Shown one piece after another: positions 55,446 to 64,000 of a stretch of DNA of 64,000 nucleotides. The stretch is taken from assembly GCA_037142615.1 (NCBI GenBank), contig JBAXAI010000009.1, positions 32,001 through 96,000 of the forward strand. The letters run 5' to 3'. The stretch is from Spirochaetales bacterium (GTDB lineage: Bacteria > Spirochaetota > Spirochaetia > JABEVK01). The notes beneath the pieces are model-generated. The model saw only the letters and a list, made by a program, of their open reading frames with translations. It made no database searches and was not told the origin of the DNA. The translations under genes and the position numbers were made by a program. Every line of letters starts with the position of its first letter. Positions within the stretch are counted from its first letter, which is position 1.

Positions 55446-57040
55446 TTGGCCACTGAGGCAGCGACAAACGCCTGAAACAGCGGGTGCGGCTTGGTCGGCT
55501 TGCTGGTAAACTCGGGGTGGAACTGCACGCCGGTACTCCAGGGGTGGTCCTTCCACTCGGTCGACTCGACCAGGCCACCGTCGGGGGTGTAGCCCGAGAT
55601 TTTCAAACCGGCGTTTTCGAGCGCCTCCTTGTAGGCGTTGGCAAACTCGTAACGGTGGCGATGCCGTTCCCAAATCACCTCGTGGCCGTAGGCCGAGCGG
55701 ATGTGGGTGTGACCCTTGGTGTGCGTGGCGCTCTTGCCCAGACGCATGGTGCCGCCCATCTTGGTGATGCCTTCCTGCTCCTCGAGCAGGCTGACCACGG
55801 GGTGCGCGGTCTGTGGGTTCATTTCGGTGCTATTGGCCCCTTCGAGGCCCAGTACGTGGCGGGCGTACTCGATCACCATGATCTGCATTCCCAGGCAGAT
55901 GCCCAGGTAGGGTTTTTTGGACTCGCGGGCGTACTGAGCAGCCAGGACCATGCCCTCCACCCCCCGCTGACCAAAGCCACCGGGTACCAGGATGGCGTCG
56001 GCGTGACCAAGAAGGTCCTCGGCGGTGGCGCCCTTTTCGAACTTCTCGGCGTCGATCTTGAGGACCTTCACCTTCACCTTGTTTCCCATGCCCGCGTGTA
56101 CGAGCGCCTCATCGATGCTCTTGTAGGTGTCGTGCAGGTCGACGTATTTGCCCACCATGGCAATGGTCACGGTGTTCTTGGCGTTTTTGTAGCCCTCAAC
56201 CATCGCGGACAGATGGTCCACCTGCGCCGGCTTCAGATCGAGGTGCAGTTTGCGAAGCACGATTTCGTCGAGCTTCTGCTGGTGGTAGATCAAAGGAATC
56301 TCGTAAATGGTTGTATTGACATCAATTGCTGACAGCACCGATTCGACGTCAACGTTGGTGAAGTTGGCGATCTTTTTGCGCATGCCGTCGCTGAGTTCTT
56401 TTTTGGCTCGGCACAGCAGAATGTCGGGCTGGATGCCGATCTCACGCAGTTCTTTGACGCTGTGCTGCGTCGGCTTGGTCTTCATCTCGTCGCCCGAGAC
56501 GGTGGGCACCAGCGTGAGGTGCACCGACAGCACGTTTTCACGGCCTAGCTCGTGAATAATCTGCCGGGCGGTTTCAAGGAAGGGCACCGATTCGATGTCG
56601 CCCACCGTGCCGCCCACCTCCACGATGGTGATGTCGGTTTCTTTCGAGGCGCCGATGCGCAGGATCTGGCTCTTGATTTCGTCGGTGATATGGGGAATCA
56701 CCTGCACCGTTTTGCCCAGGTACTTGCCTTCGCGCTCTTTGTTGATGACGGTTTGGTACACTTGCCCGGTGGTGATGGAGTTGGCCTTGCTCAGCGGACT
56801 CGAGGTGAAGCGGGCGTAGTTGCCTAGGTCGAGGTCGGTTTCGGCGCCATCGTCGGTGACGTACACTTCGCCGTGCTGGTAGGGGCTCATCGTGCCCGCA
56901 TCGACGTTCAGATACGGATCGATCTTGATCATGCTGACGCGGAAGCCCCGGCTCTCCAAAAGGGTGCCGATCGAGGCGGCCGCAATGCCTTTTCCGAGGC
57001 TCGAACAAACCCCGCCCGTGACGAAAATGTATTTCTTCAT
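55442..57040 (-). CDS. pyrG: CTP synthase
   Basis: KYIFVTGGV.SSLGKG, GTVGDIES, KTKPTQHSV, GICLGMQ, ERHRHRYE and QFHPEF. Confidence 0.98.
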   Translation of the reverse strand: MKKYIFVTGGVCSSLGKGIAAASIGTLLESRGFRVSMIKIDPYLNVDAGTMSPYQHGEVYVTDDGAETDLDLGNYARFTSSPLSKANSITTGQVYQTVINKEREGKYLGKTVQVIPHITDEIKSQILRIGASKETDITIVEVGGTVGDIESVPFLETARQIIHELGRENVLSVHLTLVPTVSGDEMKTKPTQHSVKELREIGIQPDILLCRAKKELSDGMRKKIANFTNVDVESVLSAIDVNTTIYEIPLIYHQQKLDEIVLRKLHLDLKPAQVDHLSAMVEGYKNAKNTVTIAMVGKYVDLHDTYKSIDEALVHAGMGNKVKVKVLKIDAEKFEKGATAEDLLGHADAILVPGGFGQRGVEGMVLAAQYARESKKPYLGICLGMQIMVIEYARHVLGLEGANSTEMNPQTAHPVVSLLEEQEGITKMGGTMRLGKSATHTKGHTHIRSAYGHEVIWERHRHRYEFANAYKEALENAGLKISGYTPDGGLVESTEWKDHPWSTGVQFHPEFTSKPTKPHPLFQAFVAASVAK

Positions 57041-57048
57041 GGGATTTC

Positions 57049-57117
57049 ATTCTCCCCTTAAGGCACGGGTGTGTCAACAAAGGTTTTCTTGACTTGACTG
57101 GTCGCCAAGCCTAGACT
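57049..57117. promoter_or_regulatory. Divergent sigma70 promoters for pyrG and cheR
   Basis: Minus strand TTGACA(57077-57072)-17-GAGAAT(57054-57049). Plus strand TTGACT(57089-57094)-17-TAGACT(57112-57117). Confidence 0.6.
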
Positions 57118-57137
57118 TCAGCCTTGGGAGACTGGAA

Positions 57138-57959
57138 ATGTCGGAGTTCCTTACGGATCAGCACTTTGAAAAGTTCCGCAGTCTCATCTACGATTCCAGC
57201 GGCATCACGTTCTCGAACTCGAACCGCCCCATTCTCGAAAGTCGGCTCCGGGAACGGCTCCGTCTGGCCAAACTCGACGACGTGGGCGTGTATTTTGACC
57301 TGATCAAACGCAGCGAAGGCGAAATGAAAACCTTCCTCGATTCGATCACCACCAACCTGACCCGCTTCTTCCGCAACCAGGCGCACTTCGATGCGATGGA
57401 AAACCACGTGCTTCCTGACCTCATCAAGCACAAACGCGCCAAAAACCTCGAAAAGAAGATCCGCGTGTGGAGCGCCGGCTGTTCCACCGGCGAGGAACCC
57501 TACACCATTTCGATGATCCTCAAGGACAGGTTGCCTCCCGACTTCACTTACGACATTACGGCTTCGGACCTCAGCCTCAAGTCACTGATGACCGCTAGCC
57601 AGGGGTTCTATCCGGATGCCCGCATCCAAGGCATCCCAGACGGTTACCTGAGCCGTTTCTTCACCCGCGCCGGTGATGGCTATCAGGCCAAGGATGAGAT
57701 CAAGAACCGCATCAAGTTTGACTATCACAACCTCAAGTTCGATTCGGGACTCCGCAACCTCGACATCATTTTTTGCCGCAACGTGCTCATCTACTTTGAC
57801 GAGGCGGCGCAGAAGAACGTCATTGACCGGTTCTGGACCTCGATGACCAACCATGCTTTTCTGTACATCGGCCATTCCGAGTCGCTGTTCGGCATGAAGA
57901 CCGAGTTTAAGTTCCTCAAGACCGAGTGGGCCGTCTTGTACACCAAGCTTCAGGACTAA
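57138..57959 (+). CDS. cheR: Chemotaxis methyltransferase CheR
   Basis: TTNLTRFFR, VWSAGCSTGEEPY, IFCRNVLIYF and GHSESL. Confidence 0.96.
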   Translation: MSEFLTDQHFEKFRSLIYDSSGITFSNSNRPILESRLRERLRLAKLDDVGVYFDLIKRSEGEMKTFLDSITTNLTRFFRNQAHFDAMENHVLPDLIKHKRAKNLEKKIRVWSAGCSTGEEPYTISMILKDRLPPDFTYDITASDLSLKSLMTASQGFYPDARIQGIPDGYLSRFFTRAGDGYQAKDEIKNRIKFDYHNLKFDSGLRNLDIIFCRNVLIYFDEAAQKNVIDRFWTSMTNHAFLYIGHSESLFGMKTEFKFLKTEWAVLYTKLQD

Positions 57960-57962
57960 CGA

Positions 57963-59114
57963 ATGACCGAACAAACCATCAATGTCCTGATCGTGGACGA
58001 TTCCGCGCTGATGCGGAACCTCATTGGCCGAATTGTCGAGGCGGCCCCTGGCTTCGCGGTCGCAGGCAAGGCTATGAACGGCCTGTTTGCCCTCAAGAAG
58101 CTCGAGACTCTGACACCCGATGTCATCGTTCTTGACCTCGAAATGCCCGAAATGAACGGCATCGAGTTCCTCAAGAAGCGCCGTGAACTGCGCATCGACG
58201 TTCCGGTGATCATCCTGAGTTCCATCGCCCGAAGGGGTGCCGAAGTCACGATGGAAGCCCTCAATCTCGGAGCCTCGGATTTTGTGAAGAAGCCGTCGGG
58301 CTCCGTGAGTGAAGACATTCATCTGGTGGGCGAACAGCTGATTGAACTGCTTCGCGTGTACGGCGGACGGCGCAAGCCGCTGGCGGCCTACATGCCCCGG
58401 CCGGTGGCGCCGACACCCTCGCCAGAGGTGCACGTCCCGGCGCCGGTGGCCCACGCTCCGCCTTCCGCGTACGTGGGCCAACCGGCCAAACCGTTGGTAC
58501 TTCCTTCGGGCAACCTTCGGCCGCATAGCAATTTGCAGATCCTTGCCATCGGTATTTCGACCGGAGGGCCCAACGCGCTGCGCCAGGTCTTCCAAGACCT
58601 TGATCCGAACTTCCCGTTGCCGATTTTGGTGGTGCAGCACATGCCGGCCGGCTTCACCGCCGAGTTTGCCCGCTCACTCAACCGCAACTGCCCGCTCGAG
58701 GTAAAAGAGGCCGAAGAAGGCGACATCGTCAAAAAGGGCCGCATCCTGATCGCACCCGGCGACTACCATATCGAGGTCGAAAAACGGTCGCTGGCAGGGA
58801 TTGTGCATGTGACCCAAACCGAACAGACCAACGGGCACCGGCCGTCGGCGGGGGTGCTGTTCAAGTCAGTGGCCAAACAGTACGGGGCGAGCGCGTTTGC
58901 AGTGATCATGACGGGCATGGGCAAGGACGGCTCGGCCGAGATCGGCGAAGTCTATCGGGCTGGTGGCCTCACGTTGGCACAAGACGAAGCCAGCAGCGTC
59001 GTGTTCGGCATGCCCAAGGTCGCTATCGAAATGGGCCACGCCGAAAAGGTTGTTGCCCTTGCCGAAATGGCCACCACGCTCAACTCGCTGGCCAAGCAGT
59101 TCGCTAAGGCCTAA
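57963..59114 (+). CDS. cheB: Chemotaxis response regulator methylesterase CheB
   Basis: Receiver domain, Pro-rich linker, GISTGGP, VQHMP, HRPS and TGMGKDG. Confidence 0.96.
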   Translation: MTEQTINVLIVDDSALMRNLIGRIVEAAPGFAVAGKAMNGLFALKKLETLTPDVIVLDLEMPEMNGIEFLKKRRELRIDVPVIILSSIARRGAEVTMEALNLGASDFVKKPSGSVSEDIHLVGEQLIELLRVYGGRRKPLAAYMPRPVAPTPSPEVHVPAPVAHAPPSAYVGQPAKPLVLPSGNLRPHSNLQILAIGISTGGPNALRQVFQDLDPNFPLPILVVQHMPAGFTAEFARSLNRNCPLEVKEAEEGDIVKKGRILIAPGDYHIEVEKRSLAGIVHVTQTEQTNGHRPSAGVLFKSVAKQYGASAFAVIMTGMGKDGSAEIGEVYRAGGLTLAQDEASSVVFGMPKVAIEMGHAEKVVALAEMATTLNSLAKQFAKA

Positions 59115-59521
59115 GCCCGAGCGGCAAATGGCGTGAAGTCGCCCACGGGGATGATAGCCTCGACCTTCGGGTGGCCCGACTCCGGGTTTTGCGGAAAAAT
59201 GAGGCTGGCGCCTAGACCAACAGCGGCGAGCACCGCAGCCACCCAGCCGTTCCAGAACACCAAGCCGAGGGCCAGCAACGCCGCGGGAACGACGACGAGG
59301 CGAACAACTCCGCCCCAAGCGGCACCGGTCGGTGTGCTCACTTCGACGTAGTCGCCGAGTGAAAGATTGAGGTTCTTGTTGTTGAGTGCCTTGAACTCGA
59401 CCAGGGCGGTAGAACTGGCGCAGTGGCAGGCCGAGCCGTCGCCGCTGCAACAGGCCAGCGGAGCAAAGCTGATCCACACGTTCTTGCCTTCAATCTTCTT
59501 GATCGTTCCCTGACGGTTCAT
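59111..59521 (-). CDS. RseC/MucC-family membrane protein
   Basis: N-terminal GTIKKI, Cys cluster CCSGDGSACHC, GDYVEV and two TM segments. GGAGG RBS before ATG 59521. Confidence 0.7.
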   Translation of the reverse strand: MNRQGTIKKIEGKNVWISFAPLACCSGDGSACHCASSTALVEFKALNNKNLNLSLGDYVEVSTPTGAAWGGVVRLVVVPAALLALGLVFWNGWVAAVLAAVGLGASLIFPQNPESGHPKVEAIIPVGDFTPFAARA

Positions 59522-60311
59522 GCGCTTCCTCCAAGCAGGGCCGCGAGATCCGTTCGATGGACTTGGGCCGGCCCGAGTTTTCAATATCGATCAAAACGCC
59601 CTGAAAAACCAGACCCTCCCAGCTTTCCTGGCTGCGGTCGGGCAACCCGGTCAAGAAGCGGCCGATTTCTTTGGTGGGCAAAAAGCCCTGCACCGACTGC
59701 ACCGACCCCGTGCGACCAGCGTCGGTGATGACGGCCGTGCCTTTGGGCATCAGGCGCTCGTCGGCGGTGACGATCTTGCCGTGGCTTCCGATGACAGCCG
59801 AAACCCGCCCGTCGGCGTAGTGAAACAAGGTGTTCTTTTCGGCGGTGGTGGCCGCGTGAAAGTCGACCACGACGGCCTTGACCTCGCGCGGGATTTTCTC
59901 GAGCACGGCGTCGAGCGTAAGGAAGGGGCTGGGCACGTGCGACTTGGAAAAGCCGCTTTGGCCGAGCAGCGAAATGACGCCGATCCGGCCCGCCGGGGTG
60001 TCGAACACCTTGAACCCCCGACCGGGTGACTCGGCCGGATAGTTGGCCGGCCGAAGAACAAAGCTCATCGTCGAAAGCGCCGGCGGCAGATCCTTCTTGA
60101 AGTAGGCGCACTCGCCCAGCGTCACGGCGCCGAGGCCCAGCTTGTGGAGGTAGAACGCGTGGTTCTTGCCCAAGCCGAAGCCGCCGGTGGTGCCGTCGCC
60201 GCTGCCGAAAATGAAGTCGGGCTTCAACTCGTCTTTGAGGGCGGCCAAAGTGCTCTTGAGGGTGAAGATTCCAGGCTTGCCGACGATTTCGGCCACGTAG
60301 AGCACTCGCAT
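59490..60311 (-). CDS. YmdB-like (TIGR00282-type) metallophosphoesterase, divergent active site
   Basis: EIVGKPG, LRPANYP..PGRG, VDFHAATTAEK, DGRVSAVIGSH and TDAGRTG. ATG 60311 with GAGGT RBS. Confidence 0.82.
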   Translation of the reverse strand: MRVLYVAEIVGKPGIFTLKSTLAALKDELKPDFIFGSGDGTTGGFGLGKNHAFYLHKLGLGAVTLGECAYFKKDLPPALSTMSFVLRPANYPAESPGRGFKVFDTPAGRIGVISLLGQSGFSKSHVPSPFLTLDAVLEKIPREVKAVVVDFHAATTAEKNTLFHYADGRVSAVIGSHGKIVTADERLMPKGTAVITDAGRTGSVQSVQGFLPTKEIGRFLTGLPDRSQESWEGLVFQGVLIDIENSGRPKSIERISRPCLEEAHEPSGNDQED

Positions 60312-60446
60312 GCCTGAGCCTACCTCACTTTGACTCCCTGCGAAAGGGGAGTATATTGGTCGTGTGGCCCGTTGGGCCGCTCCGGTCGCCGAAGGGGTCC
60401 GGATATCCCAACTTGATGCCCAAGATGGGCGTCTAGGAGAGTCAAG

Positions 60447-60956
60447 ATGAGTAAGGACAACAAGTTCCCGTTCCCTGACCTGAACAAGCTTCTCGATGAG
60501 GTGTTCGGCCAGGTCGATTCCATCAGCGAAAAGCTGCAGACCGAGATGGAAAAGGGTTTCGCCTTTCACGGCCACGGCATTTGGGGCGAAGGCCTGGATT
60601 TCTACCCTGGCTACGCCTACCCCCCCATGAACGTTTACCTCACCCCCGACAAGTCGATCGTGATCGAAATGGCCATGGCTGGCTTCCAACAGGAAGACCT
60701 GAGTCTGCAGTTCGTGGGCGACAACCTGGTGTTCAGCGCCAAGCCCCAAAACGTCGAAGAGACCGAAGGCCTGCGCTACCTGAAGCGCCGCTTGAAGGTT
60801 AAGCCCGTTGAGGAACAGAAGTATTTCGTTCCTGCCGACAAGTTCGAGCAGAGCCAGATCAGCGCCGTGTTCAAAAACGGCCTGCTTCGAATCACGGTGC
60901 CTTCGAAGTCGATCGTAACACCCAAAGAAGGCGTCAAGGTCGATATCAAGGGTTGA
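60447..60956 (+). CDS. Hsp20/alpha-crystallin family small heat shock protein
   Basis: YPPMNVY, EMAMAGF...L, AVFKNGLLRITVP. AGGAG RBS. Confidence 0.9.
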   Translation: MSKDNKFPFPDLNKLLDEVFGQVDSISEKLQTEMEKGFAFHGHGIWGEGLDFYPGYAYPPMNVYLTPDKSIVIEMAMAGFQQEDLSLQFVGDNLVFSAKPQNVEETEGLRYLKRRLKVKPVEEQKYFVPADKFEQSQISAVFKNGLLRITVPSKSIVTPKEGVKVDIKG

Positions 60957-61002
60957 GCAAGGGATTGGCGGAAAGTAACCCTTTCGATTAACCTTGGGGA
61001 CA

Positions 61003-62370
61003 ATGAAGCCCAACCGCCGAATCGTCTTCTTCTATCTGGTCTTCTGCCTCGCCTTTGGCTTGGCCATGGGACTGGTATTTCCCGTGTACGCGGGATTCTT
61101 TGTCGAGTTCAAAAGCCCGGCGCATCAAATGGTGTTCGTGTTGGGTTGCCTGGTCGCGGGCGTGGTCGTCGGTTTGGCCTCGTACGTGATCGGGCGACTC
61201 ACCATTCTCCGGGTCATCCGCATGATTTCGCGGCGCTTCGAAGTGCTCAGCAGCGCCGAGGGCGACCTGAGCCAAGACATCGACTTCCAGTCATCCGACT
61301 GCCTGGGCGAACTGGTAAGCCACTTCAACGCGTTTCAAGGCAAGCTTCGCTTACTGGTGCAAGAGCTGCGGGAGTTGTCGAACGAAGTGCAGTCCCTGTC
61401 ATCCTCGCTGAGTTCGGCCGCAGAGCAATCGGCAACCACGCTCGAGGAATTGTCGGCGACGGCCAGTGCGGTGGCCCGCCAGGCCCAGTTTCAGTCTCAA
61501 GACACCCAAAAGTCGGTCGAGGAAGTTCGGGTCATCCTCGAAGGCATCGAGAGCTCGGACCGCTCGGCCGGCGGCATGGCCTCGCAGTTCTTCCTGTTCA
61601 GCCAGTCGATGGAGGCCAACCGAAAAGGAATCCAGGCCGTATCGCAGGAAGCCCAGACTACAGGCAGGCTTGCCGAGCAGCTCGGCCATTCGGGCGACAG
61701 CGGACAGCAAGTCCTGATCCGTCTGAGTGAAGAGATCTCGGCCGTAGCGCAACGGGCCCACGAGATTCAAGACATCGTTCAGATCATCCTCGACATTGCC
61801 GGTCAAACCAACCTGTTGTCGATGAATGCAGCCATCGAGGCGGCCCACGCAGGCGAGGCCGGAAGGGGCTTTTCGGTGGTCGCCGAAGAAATCCGCAAAC
61901 TTGCCGACACCAGCGCGGCCCAAGGACAAACCATCAAGCGGCTTCTCGGAGGAATCGCGGAGGCCGTGAACCAGACCCTGGTTCAGTCGAAGGCGACGGA
62001 AGCCAGCTTTGAGGCCATTCAGCGCGACATCGCTTCGGTTCGCAATTCGGGCTTGTCGATTTCGCTCCAAATGGTCAAGCAAGAGGAAGAGGACTCGAAG
62101 TTGTCGGAAGGACTGCTGGAGTTTACCCAGCTCTACGAGGGACTGTCGCAGACCTTGGTTGATCAGCTTCGGCGAAGTCAAATCGTGAGGGAAAGCCTGA
62201 CAGCGGTCGAAGATGCCAGCCACCAAATCAGTGAGGCAATGGGCGAACAGTCGTTCGGCGCGGAACATTCTGCCATCGCGATGACACAGGTCAAAGAGAC
62301 GGCAACAAGTCTGTCGCGGGTGGTCGCCGACCTCACGGCGCTCACGCAGAGGTTCAAGCTCAAGTCGTGA
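61003..62370 (+). CDS. Methyl-accepting chemotaxis protein (two TMs, almost no periplasmic domain)
   Basis: HAMP GDLS...LGELVSHFN and hairpin [37 protein letters not shown]. Confidence 0.92.
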   Translation: MKPNRRIVFFYLVFCLAFGLAMGLVFPVYAGFFVEFKSPAHQMVFVLGCLVAGVVVGLASYVIGRLTILRVIRMISRRFEVLSSAEGDLSQDIDFQSSDCLGELVSHFNAFQGKLRLLVQELRELSNEVQSLSSSLSSAAEQSATTLEELSATASAVARQAQFQSQDTQKSVEEVRVILEGIESSDRSAGGMASQFFLFSQSMEANRKGIQAVSQEAQTTGRLAEQLGHSGDSGQQVLIRLSEEISAVAQRAHEIQDIVQIILDIAGQTNLLSMNAAIEAAHAGEAGRGFSVVAEEIRKLADTSAAQGQTIKRLLGGIAEAVNQTLVQSKATEASFEAIQRDIASVRNSGLSISLQMVKQEEEDSKLSEGLLEFTQLYEGLSQTLVDQLRRSQIVRESLTAVEDASHQISEAMGEQSFGAEHSAIAMTQVKETATSLSRVVADLTALTQRFKLKS

Positions 62371-62380
62371 TCGCCAACCC

Positions 62381-62410
62381 TTGACACCACCCCCGGGTTC
62401 CCGCTAAGTT
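62381..62410 (+). promoter_or_regulatory. sigma70 promoter of the tRNA gene
   Basis: TTGACA(62381-62386)-18 nt-TAAGTT(62405-62410), 12 nt before the tRNA 5' end. Confidence 0.6.
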
Positions 62411-62422
62411 GTCGGCACACCT

Positions 62423-62504
62423 GCCCAGGTGGTGAAATTGGTATACACGCTAGTTTCAGGTACTAGTGCCGCGAGGCGTGGAGGTTCGAGTCCTCTTCTG
62501 GGCA
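62423..62504 (+). tRNA. tRNA-Leu (anticodon CAG)
   Basis: Acceptor stem GCCCAGG/TCTGGGC-A, anticodon arm CTAGT-TTCAGGT-ACTAG, long variable arm and T-loop GGTTCGAGTCC. CCA is not encoded. Confidence 0.96.
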
Positions 62505-62533
62505 ACTGCTAATTCCTTGCAGTGAAAGGGATT

Positions 62534-62562
62534 AAAGAGCATCGCAAGATGCTCTTTTTTAT
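62534..62562 (+). terminator. Rho-independent terminator after tRNA-Leu
   Basis: AAAGAGCATC-GCAA-GATGCTCTTT hairpin with a GNRA loop, followed by a T run. Confidence 0.8.
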
Positions 62563-62732
62563 TGCCCGAAGGCTTTTCGGGGCACTGACGCCGATATTGA
62601 CGCCTTTTGGTTTGCCTCGCCGGTGGGATGGAATGTGGCGAGATTTCGGGATTAGGAACCCTTCCAAGGAAGACTCTGCCCAATCCTGAGCTTGAACGAA
62701 AGAGTCCGCGAGCAATCTTTATCGCCCATGTG

Positions 62733-63038
62733 TCACGGAATCGAGTCAGCCGCGGCTATGGCGGCCTGCAAGGCCTTCAGTTCAGCGTTGCAGTCGGGGC
62801 AACCACGCTTCAGATGCCGGTCAACGCCAGGAAAGAGGGTTCCGACGTTATCGTGACGCTCCAAACCCTCGACATACTGATCCAGGAGTTCGCAGGTCTG
62901 GTCGCAGTCGAGTTCCTCCTCGTCCGTCATTTCCAGAATGGTCCGCAGGTCCGGCATCGTCGAGGGAGGGCCGAAGCCGGGTTGCAGAAGGTCCTTCAAA
63001 GGGGTCACCAGAATCTCCTTGGCACGACGATCAAGCAT
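62733..63038 (-). CDS. Putative zinc-binding (zf-HC2-like) soluble anti-sigma factor
   Basis: ELDCDQTCELLDQYVE...RHLKRGCPDCNAEL. Overlaps the ECF sigma stop. Confidence 0.75.
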   Translation of the reverse strand: MLDRRAKEILVTPLKDLLQPGFGPPSTMPDLRTILEMTDEEELDCDQTCELLDQYVEGLERHDNVGTLFPGVDRHLKRGCPDCNAELKALQAAIAAADSIP

Positions 63039-63678
63039 GCTCCACCTCTCTAGAGGGGACGGCTGGGGATTTTCTTTCTTTTGGCTTTTGCCCTGTAGGG
63101 TCCACCATTACTCCTTCCCTGAGGAGCCTCTGCCTGAGCTTAAGTCGGGCATCGTGGACAATCTTGTACAGAGCACCCCTCGTCGTGCCGAGCTTGACGA
63201 CGACGGCATCCGACGACATTCCTTGAACGGCCAGCGCGGTCAGTGCTGTCTTTTGCAAGGGTGTCAGCTCCTCATCCATGATTTTCTGGACCCAGGTCAG
63301 CATCATGTGGTCCTCCACGCTTTCCAAGGCAGCATCTGGCGAACTCGCAATGGATTCGTCGTCCTTCAGCGGGACGTCGTTCCAGCGGGCGCGACGAAGC
63401 TCGGCCAAGGCCACGCGGATGGTGATCTTGTGGGCCCAGGTGGTGAACCGCGACAACCCCTGGAAGTCCCCCAGACGCGTCAGGATGATGATCAGCGCCT
63501 CCTGGACAAAATCCTCGCAATAGCCGGCAAAATCCTGATGGTCCTGCTGCAGCACGTTATGCAAGGCGCCGACCAACCCCCGCAGCAGGATGATGCGCAG
63601 GTCGCCTAGAGCCTCGGTCCTTCGCCCGTCTTCCGAGGAGAGGTCTTCGATCCAGCGTGCGTTGTCGCGTTCCGTCAC
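63031..63678 (-). CDS. ECF-subfamily RNA polymerase sigma factor
   Basis: EDFVQEAL, SRFTTWAHKI and region 4 LTPLQK...TRGALYKIVHDARLKL. GGAGGAG RBS before GTG 63678. Confidence 0.9.
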   Translation of the reverse strand: MTERDNARWIEDLSSEDGRRTEALGDLRIILLRGLVGALHNVLQQDHQDFAGYCEDFVQEALIIILTRLGDFQGLSRFTTWAHKITIRVALAELRRARWNDVPLKDDESIASSPDAALESVEDHMMLTWVQKIMDEELTPLQKTALTALAVQGMSSDAVVVKLGTTRGALYKIVHDARLKLRQRLLREGVMVDPTGQKPKERKSPAVPSREVEHA

Positions 63679-63790
63679 CGAAGCTCCTCCTCGACCTTCC
63701 CCCTTCAAAGTCAGGGAATCCGTCCGAAAGTTCAAGAGCTACGTAAGGGAACCAGCGGACACCCCCTCTAGAAGGCACAGGAGAACTGAA

Positions 63791-64000
63791 ATGAACGAAA
63801 ACAACAATCCAGAGCCGGCCTCCAAACCCGGCTTTGTCATGGTCCACATGAAGGTGCACAGCCTCGACGACCTGAACGAACGGTACGCACCCCATGTGTT
63901 TCCCATTCTGGCCAAACACGGGGGAGAGATGATCGCTGGGACGGCGACGCCTGAAGTCAAGGAAGGCGAGTGGAACGGCAATTGGGCGGCCGTGCTCCGG
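63791..64000 (+). CDS. DUF1330-like protein (5' part, runs off window)
   Basis: AGGAG RBS. Translation MNENNNPEPASKPGFVMVHMKV...Y...VFPILAKHGGEMIAG...EVKEGEW...AVLR matches the DUF1330 pattern. Confidence 0.75.
   Translation, partial: MNENNNPEPASKPGFVMVHMKVHSLDDLNERYAPHVFPILAKHGGEMIAGTATPEVKEGEWNGNWAAVLR

Noticed and set aside
59490-61013. 507-aa ORF suggesting an N-terminally extended YmdB
   Set aside because: The extension is the antisense of the Hsp20 gene. The real start is ATG 60311, which has an RBS.
1-64000. CRISPR arrays, rRNA, IS elements, prophage, riboswitches
   Set aside because: No regularly spaced repeats, transposase or phage motifs, or long structured leaders were recognised by eye. 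A covariance-model search was not possible.

Overview
High-GC bacterial chromosomal window, most likely from a free-living spirochaete. This is an inference from the pyrG-lptCAB-rpoN-hpf-hprK-ptsH-ntrYX-lexA-holA gene order, the long MCPs and the cheR/cheB pair. It is densely coding, and I saw no CRISPR array, rRNA or transposase. Main blocks: (1) 1-8.3 kb, a transporter, a methyltransferase, a standalone degenerate Hint-domain protein, two-component genes and a YtrA/GntR-ABC operon. (2) 8.3-31.4 kb, a LacI-controlled glycan-utilisation locus with a GH94 phosphorylase, two solute-binding proteins, four permeases, NHL/TPR/YIP1 and DUF5696-like accessory proteins, an ADP-ribosylglycohydrolase-family protein, two GH144-like enzymes and GH39, plus a convergent GH35; the substrate is probably beta-1,2-glucan. 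(3) 31.4-44.4 kb, an MCP, SprA-like, FGE and vWA genes, an 1111-aa fusion of 2-oxoacid dehydrogenase E1alpha-E1beta, a lipoyl domain and FabH, and a sigma54-driven two-component operon. (4) 44.4-62.5 kb, housekeeping and chemotaxis genes and tRNA-Leu(CAG). (5) An ECF sigma/anti-sigma pair at the end. The best candidates for undescribed biology are the E1-lipoyl-FabH fusion, the multi-component glycan ABC system and the exported pseudo-Hint protein. All family calls come from motif recognition by eye; no database searches were run.
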